Of a stretch of 64,000 bases of DNA, positions 1 through 8,706 are shown in pieces. Source of the stretch: Polyangiaceae bacterium (GTDB lineage Bacteria; Myxococcota_A; Polyangia; Polyangiales; Polyangiaceae); NCBI GenBank assembly GCA_965222375.1, contig CBDCTZ010000016.1, positions 1,408,001-1,472,000 on the forward strand. Direction: 5' to 3'. Below the pieces are notes generated by a model. That model was not told the origin of the DNA. It worked only from the letters and a program-made list of their open reading frames with translations, and did not search any database. Each line of letters opens with the position of its first letter. Position 1 is the stretch's first letter. The position numbers were made by a program, and so were the translations under genes.

Positions 1-1463
1 TCGCCGGCCTCGTTTTTGCGCTCGGGTTTGCCGTCATCCAAGGCCACCCCGTTTTCTTCGGCGTGGAAGTGCGCGTGCAAGTTGCCGAAGTACGTCTTCG
101 TCGTAGTGGCGTGCTGGGTGGCGGCGTCTTGGTTGGCGTCCAAGAAGGCGCCCTCCAGGGACCAATGCCAGAGGCGATGAAATAGCGCGCGGAAGCGGCG
201 CAAGATCTTGGCATTGCGATAGATGCCGTAGTTCTCGAAGTTGGCGAAGAAACCCGTGCCGGACCAGTTGCCGGAGCCGTTGAGGAGGATGCGGCCGTCG
301 ATGATCGCCAGCTTGTGATGCAGCAGTTGGTACTCGGCGGTGTTGACCCGCTTGTAGCGAATGGTCCCTCCCGCCGCGAGCAGATCGTCCCACTTGCCAC
401 CACTGTGCTCGTCGCGAGTGGTTTCGTTGAGCAGAACGCGAACTTCCACCCCGCGCTGCGCTGCGTTGCGCAGCTCCTTCACCAAGTCCCCGAAGGTGAA
501 GTGGTGCATGATCACATCGATGCGTGTCTTGGCCGCCCGGATTTGATCCCGGATCAGCGTGCGGCCGGCGCTACTTGGGGAAAAGGCAACCCGTTCGTTG
601 GAGCACGCGCCCGCGGCATCGGGGTTTTTCTCCCGCATCGCTTCGAAGTGACACGCGAAGCCAGTGATGAGGGGGTGCACCGGGGTGCCGCGTAGCAAGA
701 TGGCGTTTTCTTCGTTGATGCTCGTGCCCGTGGAGGAGTAGTTCGCGCTCCCAGTAAGCAGGATGCGGCCGTCCACCAAGATGAACTTGGCGTGTTGAAT
801 GCCGAAGCGGCTGCCCGAGGGCTTGCCCTGAACGAAGACCACGTCGAGCCCCTTGTCTTTGAGCTGCGTGGATCGTGTGCCGGGCTTGTCCTGACCGGCG
901 TCCATGGCCAGGCGCACCTTCACGCCTCGCTGGTGAGCTCGGTCCAGGGCGTCGGCAATCTCGGAGACACTGAAGGTGAACTGGGCCAGATCCACGGAGG
1001 TTTCAGCGGCATCGATGAGTTCCACGACCTTCGCAACCATCTTGGAACGCGCTTTGAGGATGCTCTTGTCCGAGGCCGTGCAGACGTCACAGAAGGGGTC
1101 GGTCAGGATCACTTCGACGTCGTCGTCCGCGCCGACCAGCCGGCAGCCGACTTTGGGATCCCCGTCCCAACTCATTCCCTCGGTATCGGGCGTGTCGCCA
1201 CAGGCGTTCGTGTCGGGACCGCAATCTGGGTCGGGATAAGCGCAATAGCCCGCGTCGTCGCATTTGTCGTCGTCGTACCAGCCGCCCTCGGCGCAGGGAT
1301 CGATGGAATCCGACTTGCCGTGCAGATACGGCGGCAGGCACTCGGCCCGGGATTTGGAATCGAGACAGGCGCCGTCGGCGGGCGCCGAGTCATCTGCGCC
1401 GCAAGCGTCCAGGGCGAGGGGCAGCAGGCTCAGTGCGAACAGGCGACGCGCGTTACGGAGCAT
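1..1463 (-). CDS. Phospholipase D-family lipoprotein (two HKD motifs) continuing into a probable PHP/CehA-McbA-like metallohydrolase domain; 3' end outside window
   Basis: Hand translation of parts of the minus strand (absent from the ORF track, probably because no stop lies in the window): MLRNARRLFALSLLPLALDAC lipobox; QHAKFILVD...GSANYS (~790-740); HHKLAIID...GSGNWS (~320-260); YFGNLHAH at ~95-70. Confidence 0.8.
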   Translation of the reverse strand, partial: MLRNARRLFALSLLPLALDACGADDSAPADGACLDSKSRAECLPPYLHGKSDSIDPCAEGGWYDDDKCDDAGYCAYPDPDCGPDTNACGDTPDTEGMSWDGDPKVGCRLVGADDDVEVILTDPFCDVCTASDKSILKARSKMVAKVVELIDAAETSVDLAQFTFSVSEIADALDRAHQRGVKVRLAMDAGQDKPGTRSTQLKDKGLDVVFVQGKPSGSRFGIQHAKFILVDGRILLTGSANYSSTGTSINEENAILLRGTPVHPLITGFACHFEAMREKNPDAAGACSNERVAFSPSSAGRTLIRDQIRAAKTRIDVIMHHFTFGDLVKELRNAAQRGVEVRVLLNETTRDEHSGGKWDDLLAAGGTIRYKRVNTAEYQLLHHKLAIIDGRILLNGSGNWSGTGFFANFENYGIYRNAKILRRFRALFHRLWHWSLEGAFLDANQDAATQHATTTKTYFGNLHAHFHAEENGVALDDGKPERKNEAG

Positions 1464-1604
1464 GAGAATGCCGCCAGCATATCATCGCCGGGCCCAGGGC
1501 GTCAGTGGCCCATGCTGCGCCAGGGTGGGAGTAGTGCCCTGCATCGCACCTTGGCCGCGACCCAAACAAACAAATCAAATTCGCGCGGTGACTCGTCGTC
1601 GGGT

Positions 1605-1680
1605 TGGTGGAGCCGAGGGGGATCGAACCCCTGACCTCCTGACTGCCAGTCAGGCGCTCTCCCAGCTGAGCTACGGCCCC
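1605..1680 (-). tRNA. tRNA-Ala(GGC)
   Basis: GGGGCCGTAGCTCAGCTGGGAGAGCG CCTGA CT GGC AG TCAGG ... GGTTCGATCCC ... CTCCACCA; 76 nt with encoded CCA. Confidence 0.97.
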
Positions 1681-1807
1681 GAGAAGGGCGGGGAGCCTTG
1701 CACAAAGGATCTCCAAACGCGAGGGCTTTTTGGGAAAGCCCCGTAGCGACTCCGCGGCTGAAGCGGAGATTAAAACTTTGCCCGCCGACCGGCGAGCTAG
1801 GTCAGTT

Positions 1808-2146
1808 TCAACCGCCTTTGGGAGGGCCACCCGGTGCGGGTGCGGCCGCTGCCGGGCGAGCAGGCGCTGGCGGGGGCTTGGCGGCTTCTTCGGCGGCCTT
1901 CTTCGCGGCCTCGGCCTCACGCGCCGCGGTCAATGCCGCCGTGCGAAGCTCCTCCGTGGTTTTTCCAGCGGGGCGGGTTGCCAACATGGTCAGGGCACCG
2001 ACAACAAACAGGGCGCCACCGAGCAGCGGCATCCACATTGGAGTGCGGGGCTCGTCGCTGTCGAGTTCATCCGTCTGGGTGACATGCACCAAGCTCTCGT
2101 CCTCTTGGACGGGAGTTGCGAGGACCGGCTCCTGTTCGTGCGCCAT
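1808..2146 (-). CDS. Small single-TM hypothetical protein
   Basis: MAHEQEPV..., one hydrophobic helix (WMPLLGGALFVVGALTML) and an Ala/Pro-rich tail. Confidence 0.65.
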   Translation of the reverse strand: MAHEQEPVLATPVQEDESLVHVTQTDELDSDEPRTPMWMPLLGGALFVVGALTMLATRPAGKTTEELRTAALTAAREAEAAKKAAEEAAKPPPAPARPAAAAPAPGGPPKGG

Positions 2147-2222
2147 TGTGACCTTATGTGAGCTTTGTGGGCCGCGGTCAAGCGTAGCCGTCTGGGCCCC
2201 GGGCGAGTAACCTCCCGCTGCC

Positions 2223-3017
2223 TTGCCCACGCTGAATTTCGCCGTTGTCGCCAAGCCCGAGCAGGCCCCCGCTTTGGCGGCATTCTGCGCCCGTCTCCAA
2301 GAGTCGACGGGCCTGAGCGTGCAGCCAAAAGTCCTCGAAGCGTACCCAGCTCTCGCGAAAGGAGTCATTGACGGCACGCTGGACGCGGTCTGGGCGCCGC
2401 CCCTCGTGGCCGTGGATCTGGAAGCTCGGGGCGCGGCGCGATCCGTCGCCGTGGTCGAGCGCAGCCTGCGCGCCGGGTACTACTGTGCACTCTTCGTCCA
2501 CCCGAAGAGTGCGATCCGAAAGGTGGAAGACTTGAAGGGTGCGCGCGCGGGTTGGGTGACCAAAGAGAGCGCGTCCGGATACGTCGTGCCGCGCTGGCAT
2601 CTGCGCTCCGCGGGACACGACTTGGACGACCTCTTCGCCGAGCAGAAGTTCTTCGACGGTCATGACGAGGTGACGCAAGCGGTGTTGGGCGGCGTGGTGG
2701 ACATCGGCGCCTCTCACGTGGGGCTGGATGCGGTGACCCAGGAGTTGAGTCATGCGCCATGGATTCACATGGGGCTGGCGCCGGGCGCGGTGCGGGTCAT
2801 CTTGCTGGTTGGGCCCATTCCGGGCGACGTGATCATGGCCAGCACGCGGATCCCCGACGACGTTGCGCAGTCCCTGACCGCAGCGCTGCTATCCATGGGG
2901 CGCACGGACGAGGCCAGGACCTTGTTCGAAGCGAGTAGTTTCGAGCCCGTGGCGGACGGGCATCTGTCGATGTTACGTCAGCTTTCTCGCTTCCGGGAAA
3001 CGGATAGCGGATCGTGA
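2223..3017 (+). CDS. PhnD/SsuA-like phosphate/phosphonate substrate-binding fold protein, no obvious signal peptide
   Basis: Motifs SAIRKVEDLKG, ESASGYVVP, GHDEVTQAVLGGVVDIGA and IPGDVIMA are typical of the phosphonate-binding family. Confidence 0.75.
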   Translation: MPTLNFAVVAKPEQAPALAAFCARLQESTGLSVQPKVLEAYPALAKGVIDGTLDAVWAPPLVAVDLEARGAARSVAVVERSLRAGYYCALFVHPKSAIRKVEDLKGARAGWVTKESASGYVVPRWHLRSAGHDLDDLFAEQKFFDGHDEVTQAVLGGVVDIGASHVGLDAVTQELSHAPWIHMGLAPGAVRVILLVGPIPGDVIMASTRIPDDVAQSLTAALLSMGRTDEARTLFEASSFEPVADGHLSMLRQLSRFRETDSGS

Positions 3018-3074
3018 TCTTGACCCGAATGGACTGAGCACCCTAGGCTTCGATCACGCGAGCGATTTGACGCA

Positions 3075-4531
3075 ATGGCCCAGCAACAACAGAGATATCG
3101 CGTCATCGAGAAGATCGCCTCCGGCGGAATGGCGGAAGTCTTCCGAGCAGAAAGCGCGGGGCTCGAAGGTTTCAAGAAGACCGTTGCGATCAAGCGCGTG
3201 CTCCCGCACCTCGCGGAAAAGAAGCAGTTCATGGGCATGTTCTTGGACGAGGCGCGCCTGTCGGCGCAGCTTTCGCACTCGAACTGCGTGCAGGTCTTCG
3301 ATGTCGGTGTTGGTGACAACACCTTCTTCATCGTCATGGAGTACGTGGATGGCGCCGACCTCAAAGGTGTCATCAGCTTCCACCAGAAGCACGGGCTCGC
3401 GGTTCCCCCCGAGGTCGCGTGCCTGATCTGCGTCCGAATCTGTGAAGGCCTGAGCTACGCCCATGAGCTGCGGGACGGTAAAGGCCAAAGCCTGAACATC
3501 GTGCACCGGGACATGTCGCCGCCCAACGTGCTGATCACTCGGCACGGCGAGGTCAAGATCGTGGACTTCGGTCTGGCCAAGGCCAACAGCCAGCTCGAAA
3601 AGAGCGAGCCCGGCATCATCAAGGGCAAGTTCAGCTATCTGTCGCCGGAAGCCGCCTTGGGCCAGCCCATCGATCCGCGCACGGACATCTTCGCCGTCGG
3701 CATCATCCTATGGGAGCTGCTAGCGGGGCGCCGCCTGTTCATGGGTGAAACGGATCTGGAGACCGTGCGCCAGGTGCAAGCCGCCAACTACCCGTCCCTG
3801 GCGGAACTCGGCCTCACGGTTCCTCCCGACCTGGAGACGGTGCTGGCCAAGGCATTGGCTCGGGATCCATTGCAGCGCTACCAGGCGGCGCGAGACCTCG
3901 GGCGCGACCTGAACAACGTGTTGTTTCAGTTCGGTCGCGCGGTCTCGAGCTTCGATATTGCCCAGCTGCTCGATCCCGTCGTGCGCGAGCGCGACGAGAG
4001 CAGCATGGCGAAGAGCCGGGACAACAAGAAGTCCATCATCGGCTCGCTGATCGAGGAAGCACTGTTCGAGTTCACGTCTCTGCAAAATGAGAGTGATGAC
4101 CGCAGCTCCGCGGACTTGGGCTCCGCCCCCCTCAACATTGGCGCCTTCGGCGGTCAGGATTGGGCGTTGGATCTCGGCATGGGCGCCGCCGCCGACGCAC
4201 CCAAACCATACCGAGCGATTCCTTCGAGCTGGGCAATCTGGCCGCGCTGGAAGACGAGCCGTCGCGCTCCCGCGCCGCCAGCGGGCAGCACCGGGTGCAG
4301 TCGCCAGCGGCGCCGCCGGTGAGCGCGCCGCCGCTGCAGCCGCAGTATCCCCAGCCGCCTCGGTCCCAGCCGCTTCTGCAGCATTCTCAGCCGCCGGTTC
4401 CGCCCCCAGCCAAGAGCGGTGGAGTCGGCGGGTGGATCGCGCTCTTGGTCTTCGTGCTCGTGCTCGGTGGGGCCGCCGGGGCCTGGTACGCGGGGTTGAT
4501 ACCGGGATTGCCCCCGGCGCCGCGGCTGTAG
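3075..4531 (+). CDS. Membrane Ser/Thr protein kinase with an apparent frameshift near 4200-4210
   Basis: GGMAEVF, VAIK, HRDMSPPN, DFG, YLSPE motifs in ORF 3075-4322; the Pro-rich linker and C-terminal TM helix continue in ORF 4160-4531. Confidence 0.85.
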
Positions 4532-4536
4532 GCGCC

Positions 4537-5199
4537 CTAGGCAGTTTCCTCTTCGGGCTTTGCGTTGCCCGGTCGCGAATGATCCGGTCGCGAATGATCC
4601 GGCCGGCTGTTGTCCTTGTCGCGCTCCGAGCGCTCTTGAGTGAGCTTATGCATCACGGACGCCTTGGGCGCCAAAAGCAGGGCCATGGTTCGTCCCTCCA
4701 TGGCGGCGCTCTGCTCGACGTTCGCGATGTCTTCGGTGTTTTCGACGAAGAACCGGAGCTGGCGCTGAGCGATCTGCGGGTGGGTGATCTCTCGCCCACG
4801 AAAGCGGCAGGTGACCTTAACCTTGTTGCCCGCCTCGATGAACTTTCGCGCGGCGCGCATCTTCACGTTTAAATCGTGATCGTCCGTCTTCGGGCGGAGC
4901 TTGACTTCCTTCACCTCCACGACGGTTTGCTTGCGCTTGGCTTCGCGCTGCTTCTTCTTTTCCTCGTACTTGTATTTGCCAAAGTCGAGGATCTTGCAGA
5001 CTGGCGGTGCCGCCTTGGGGTTGACCTCGACGAGATCTAGCCCCTGCTCAGCCGCTCGCTTGAGCGCTGCGCCGGTATCGATGACACCCAGGTTCGAGCC
5101 GTCTGCGTCGACGACGCGTACTTCTGGAACACGGATCCTGTGATTGATTCGGATTTGCGGACCGCGTGGTTCGCGGTTGAAGCGTCGCCCCATTGCCAT
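4537..5199 (-). CDS. infC: Translation initiation factor IF-3 with C-terminal extension
   Basis: INHRIRVPEVRVV, GLDLVEV, PPVCKILDFGKYKYE, EVKLRPK motifs; downstream of thrS. Confidence 0.97.
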   Translation of the reverse strand: MAMGRRFNREPRGPQIRINHRIRVPEVRVVDADGSNLGVIDTGAALKRAAEQGLDLVEVNPKAAPPVCKILDFGKYKYEEKKKQREAKRKQTVVEVKEVKLRPKTDDHDLNVKMRAARKFIEAGNKVKVTCRFRGREITHPQIAQRQLRFFVENTEDIANVEQSAAMEGRTMALLLAPKASVMHKLTQERSERDKDNSRPDHSRPDHSRPGNAKPEEETA

Positions 5200-5231
5200 G
5201 TGGTGGTTTCTCTTTACCCTTTCCCCGACCC

Positions 5232-7232
5232 TCAGTTGTCGGTTTGGTTATCATCCAATCGCGGAGGCTTTGCCTCCGCAAGCAAGCGCTGCTGAAATGC
5301 CTCGACGCTGAGCGCACCGAGTTCGCCTTCATCCCGTGACCGCACACTGATTGTTTCAGATTCTGCTTCCTGATCGCCCAGCACGCCAATGTAGGGGTAT
5401 CGAAGATTGCGGGCGTTGCGGATTTTTGCACCGAGCTTGTCAGGACCCGCATCCAGCGATACGCGTAGACCTGCGGCTTTGAACCTCGCCTGCAGAGATT
5501 GCGCGCACTCGGCGTGGCGTTCGCTGACCGTGACCAAGATGGTCTGCTCCGGTGCGATCCAGACCGGGAACTTGCCCGCGACATGCTCGATGTAGACGCC
5601 GAAAAAACGCTCGATCGAGCCGAGGATGGCGCGGTGCAGCATCACGGGTCGGTGGCGCTCGCCATCGCTGCCCACGTACTCGAGATCGAAGCGCTCGGGC
5701 AGTGCGTAGTCGACTTGAATCGTCCCAAGCTGCCAACTGCGACCCAACGCGTCGGTGACGTGGAATTCGAACTTGGGTCCGTAGAAGGCTCCCTCGCCCG
5801 GGAGCGTCTCGTATGGAACGCCGCTATCCACGAGCACTTTCTCGAGGGCCGCCTCGGCTTTGTCCCACATCTCGTCGGTGCCCACGCGTTTGTCTGGCCG
5901 TAGAGCGAGCTTGACTCGCACATCGTCGAAGCGGAACGCGTTGTACACCTCGAAGAGGAGCCGGTTGAAGGCTGCAATTTCGCCTTCCATCTGATCCGGC
6001 GTGCAAAAGATGTGCGCGTCGTCTTGGCAGAAGGTGCGCACCCGCGCGAGGCCATGAACCACGCCGCCTCGCTCGTAGCGATGCAGACGACCGAAGTCCG
6101 CCATGCGCCAAGGCAGCTCACGGTAGCTGCGCGGCCGCTGACCGAAAATCAGGCAATGGCTGGGGCAGTTCATAGGCTTCTGCGCCATGGTGGGCAGCAC
6201 CAATGCTTCTTCCGGGGGCTTGCCTTCGGCTAGGAGCTCCTTGGCGCGGCTCAGGGCTGCGTCGAGGTCGTCAGCCGTGACCGGCAGGTACATGTTCTCG
6301 CGATAGTTTTCCAGGTGCCCGCTGGTGGCGAAGAGCCGCGGGTCGAAGATCTGCGGCGTGATGACCTCGTCGTAGCCATAGTCCACGTACAGCTCGCGGA
6401 CGTAGTCCACCAAGCGGTTGTAGATGCTCGCGCCCCTCGGAAGGAAGAACGGCATCGCCGCGGCGTAGTCGTGAAACATCATCAGCTCGAGTTCCTTGCC
6501 GAGCTTGCGGTGGTCGCGCTTCTTGGCTTCCTCGAGTTGCTTCAGGTGGTCGTCTAGTTCGGCCTGGGTGGCGAACGCGGTCCCGTAGATCCGAGACAGC
6601 ATCGGGTTGTTCTCGTTGCCCCGCCAGTACGCGCCGGCCACGGATGTCAGCTTGATCGCGCCAAGGAAACCCGTGTGAGGAACGTGGGGCCCCGCACAGA
6701 CATCGGCCCAGGTGCCGTCTGGTCGACCGGGGCTGCCGTGGCGGTACACGCTGATGTGCTCACCCCGGTCCTTGATACTGTCGATGATCTGGCACTTGTA
6801 GTGCTCACCCATCCTCTCGAAGAGGGCGCGCACGCTCTCGTAGTTCATCTCTTCGCGGAAGAAGGGCTTCTTCCCGGCGATGATCTTCTTCATCGCCTTT
6901 TCGATGCGCTGCAGATCTCTGTCGGTGAAACCACCCTCAGGCCGATCGAAGTCGTAGTAGAAGCCATTGTCGATGGCGGGGCCGATGGTGACCTGAGTGC
7001 CGGGAAACAGCCGTTGCACCGCGTCAGCCATGACGTGCGCCGTGGAATGGCGAATCACCGCGAGCGCCTCGGGGCTGCCCACGGCAATGGCTTCGAGCTC
7101 CGCCTCGGCATCGACTGACGTGTGCAGGTCGACAATCGCGTCGCCATGCCGAGCCGCCACGACGTCGTCCGCGAGCATTCCTCGGGCTTCGAGGAGCTCG
7201 CGCACCGGGCGCTTCTCCGCCAAGGTCGTCAC
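5232..7232 (-). CDS. thrS: Threonine--tRNA ligase
   Basis: HSTAHVMA, CAGPH, RDHRKLG, KPMNCPSH, HRYERGG, QDDAHIF, HRAILGSIERF motifs. Confidence 0.98.
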   Translation of the reverse strand: MTTLAEKRPVRELLEARGMLADDVVAARHGDAIVDLHTSVDAEAELEAIAVGSPEALAVIRHSTAHVMADAVQRLFPGTQVTIGPAIDNGFYYDFDRPEGGFTDRDLQRIEKAMKKIIAGKKPFFREEMNYESVRALFERMGEHYKCQIIDSIKDRGEHISVYRHGSPGRPDGTWADVCAGPHVPHTGFLGAIKLTSVAGAYWRGNENNPMLSRIYGTAFATQAELDDHLKQLEEAKKRDHRKLGKELELMMFHDYAAAMPFFLPRGASIYNRLVDYVRELYVDYGYDEVITPQIFDPRLFATSGHLENYRENMYLPVTADDLDAALSRAKELLAEGKPPEEALVLPTMAQKPMNCPSHCLIFGQRPRSYRELPWRMADFGRLHRYERGGVVHGLARVRTFCQDDAHIFCTPDQMEGEIAAFNRLLFEVYNAFRFDDVRVKLALRPDKRVGTDEMWDKAEAALEKVLVDSGVPYETLPGEGAFYGPKFEFHVTDALGRSWQLGTIQVDYALPERFDLEYVGSDGERHRPVMLHRAILGSIERFFGVYIEHVAGKFPVWIAPEQTILVTVSERHAECAQSLQARFKAAGLRVSLDAGPDKLGAKIRNARNLRYPYIGVLGDQEAESETISVRSRDEGELGALSVEAFQQRLLAEAKPPRLDDNQTDN

Positions 7233-7329
7233 GAGCTGAACGACGTCATGGTCTGGGGATACTTTGAGACGACACGAGGGATCGCGGTGCGCGCGCTAGC
7301 GTCGAGCATGCTCTCAGAGTTCATATTAG

Positions 7330-7401
<72 letters not shown>

Positions 7402-7462
7402 GGAACTGTCCTTCCCCCCGAAAACCAGGGGGCTGATCGAGTACAACCCGGCTGTAGCAGTG

Positions 7463-8005
7463 TCAAGCTGAGGGCTCGGCAGAGAAACCAACGGCTCCAA
7501 GCAGCACTCCGACGCACTCTTCAATGCTCTGGCGTTCAGTGTGCAGCACCACCTCGGCGTTGGTCGGAGCCTCATAGGGGTCATCGACGCCGGTCATCGC
7601 CGGGATCTTGCCGGCCCGAGCAGCCGCGTACATTCCCTTGGTGTCCCGGCGCTCGCATTCGTCCAGCGGGCAGCTCACAAAAACTTCCACGAACCCTTCG
7701 ATGCGCGAGCGGGCTGCGCCCCGGGCCTCTCGATATGGGCTGACCAGGGCCACGATCACGAGCAAGTCCTGAGCCGCCAGCATGGCCGCCAAGGCCGCGG
7801 CTCGGCGCACGTTTTCGTCCCGAGCCGGCTTGCTGAAACCGAGGTCCGGGGATATCGCGGCGCGTAGTTCGTCGCCGTCCAGCACGGCGCACGCAGCTCC
7901 GCGCAGTTCCAGTGCTGCCGCCAACTGGCGCGCGAGGGTGGTCTTGCCAGCGCACGGCAAGCCCGTGAGCCAAATGACTTTCGCGCCCGCTTTCGACGTG
8001 CCCAC
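7463..8005 (-). CDS. cysC: Adenylyl-sulfate kinase
   Basis: IWLTGLPCAGKTT P-loop, LDGDELR, LGFS...RDENVRR, RDTKGMY, TGVDDPYEAP. Confidence 0.93.
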   Translation of the reverse strand: MGTSKAGAKVIWLTGLPCAGKTTLARQLAAALELRGAACAVLDGDELRAAISPDLGFSKPARDENVRRAAALAAMLAAQDLLVIVALVSPYREARGAARSRIEGFVEVFVSCPLDECERRDTKGMYAAARAGKIPAMTGVDDPYEAPTNAEVVLHTERQSIEECVGVLLGAVGFSAEPSA

Positions 8006-8051
8006 CCCCGGAGCCTAGCCGCTCCCCGCGCTTGGCACTAATAGCTAGTAA

Positions 8052-8064
8052 TATCAAGCACTTG
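8052..8064 (+). promoter_or_regulatory. IHF consensus site in the cysC/yajC divergent region
   Basis: TATCAAGCACTTG matches WATCAANNNNTTR and is preceded by an AT-rich tract. Confidence 0.5.
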
Positions 8065-8279
8065 CCGGCTAGGCGCTGACCCCGGTCCCCGGCACCTGGA
8101 ATAGCCACGGCAGGTGCGGGTTGTCGCAACAAGGACGCGCTCTTGCGCGGGCCAAAAATTGCCGGTATTAGCCGGCCCCCTGGCTTACCGACTGCGGTGC
8201 ATCCGCTTGCCGTGACCACCCTCGGCGCCTGGGCTCGAGTGCTTGCACTCGGAGGGTCATTCAAGAGGAGATACATCGT

Positions 8280-8699
8280 TTGGCTTCGGCGTCTTTTTTT
8301 CAAGCCGTACCGCCCGCGCCCGGGCGACCGGCCGCAGGGTCACCCGCACCAGCGCAGCCCGCAGCTGCACCGCAAACGGGTGCGTCGGAAGGTGCTCCGC
8401 CCCCTGCAGGCGAGGCTCCTGGCGCGCTCAGCATGCTCTTTCCGATCCTGCTGCTCTTGCCGCTGCTGTTCATCATGTTCTGGTCGACGCGCTCCCAGCA
8501 GAAAAAGCAGGCAGCCGCGGTTGCAGACCTCAAGAAGGGCGACCGCGTGCTCACTCAGTCCGGCTTGATCGGCAAGCTCGTGGACGTGGGGGATCGCTAT
8601 GCGAAGCTGGAGCTCGCGCCGGGCATCAAAGTCGAAGTGCTGCGTTCCGGCCTGTTAGGCAAGGATACCGGCGAGAAGACAGCGAGCGAAAAGAAGTGA
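8280..8699 (+). CDS. yajC: Preprotein translocase subunit YajC
   Basis: TM helix then QQKKQ...LKKGDRVLTQSGLIGKL; directly upstream of secD. Confidence 0.93.
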   Translation: MASASFFQAVPPAPGRPAAGSPAPAQPAAAPQTGASEGAPPPAGEAPGALSMLFPILLLLPLLFIMFWSTRSQQKKQAAAVADLKKGDRVLTQSGLIGKLVDVGDRYAKLELAPGIKVEVLRSGLLGKDTGEKTASEKK

Positions 8700-8706
8700 G
8701 GACGCT

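Noticed and set aside
792..1634. Long antisense or alternate-frame ORFs (e.g. 792-1634, 13456-14580, 16295-17473, 38103-39194, 48649-49848, 54153-55148)
   Set aside because: Shadow ORFs expected at high GC; they overlap better-supported genes and lack recognisable motifs.
4195..4215. Programmed frameshift in the Ser/Thr kinase
   Set aside because: Adding one A to CCCAAACC restores P-K-T-I-P-S-D. Similar single shifts occur at ~15072, ~36180 and ~37120, so sequencing or assembly indels are the simpler explanation.
8033..8050. Sigma54 promoter at TGGCACTAATAGC
   Set aside because: GG-to-GC spacing is 2 nt too short.
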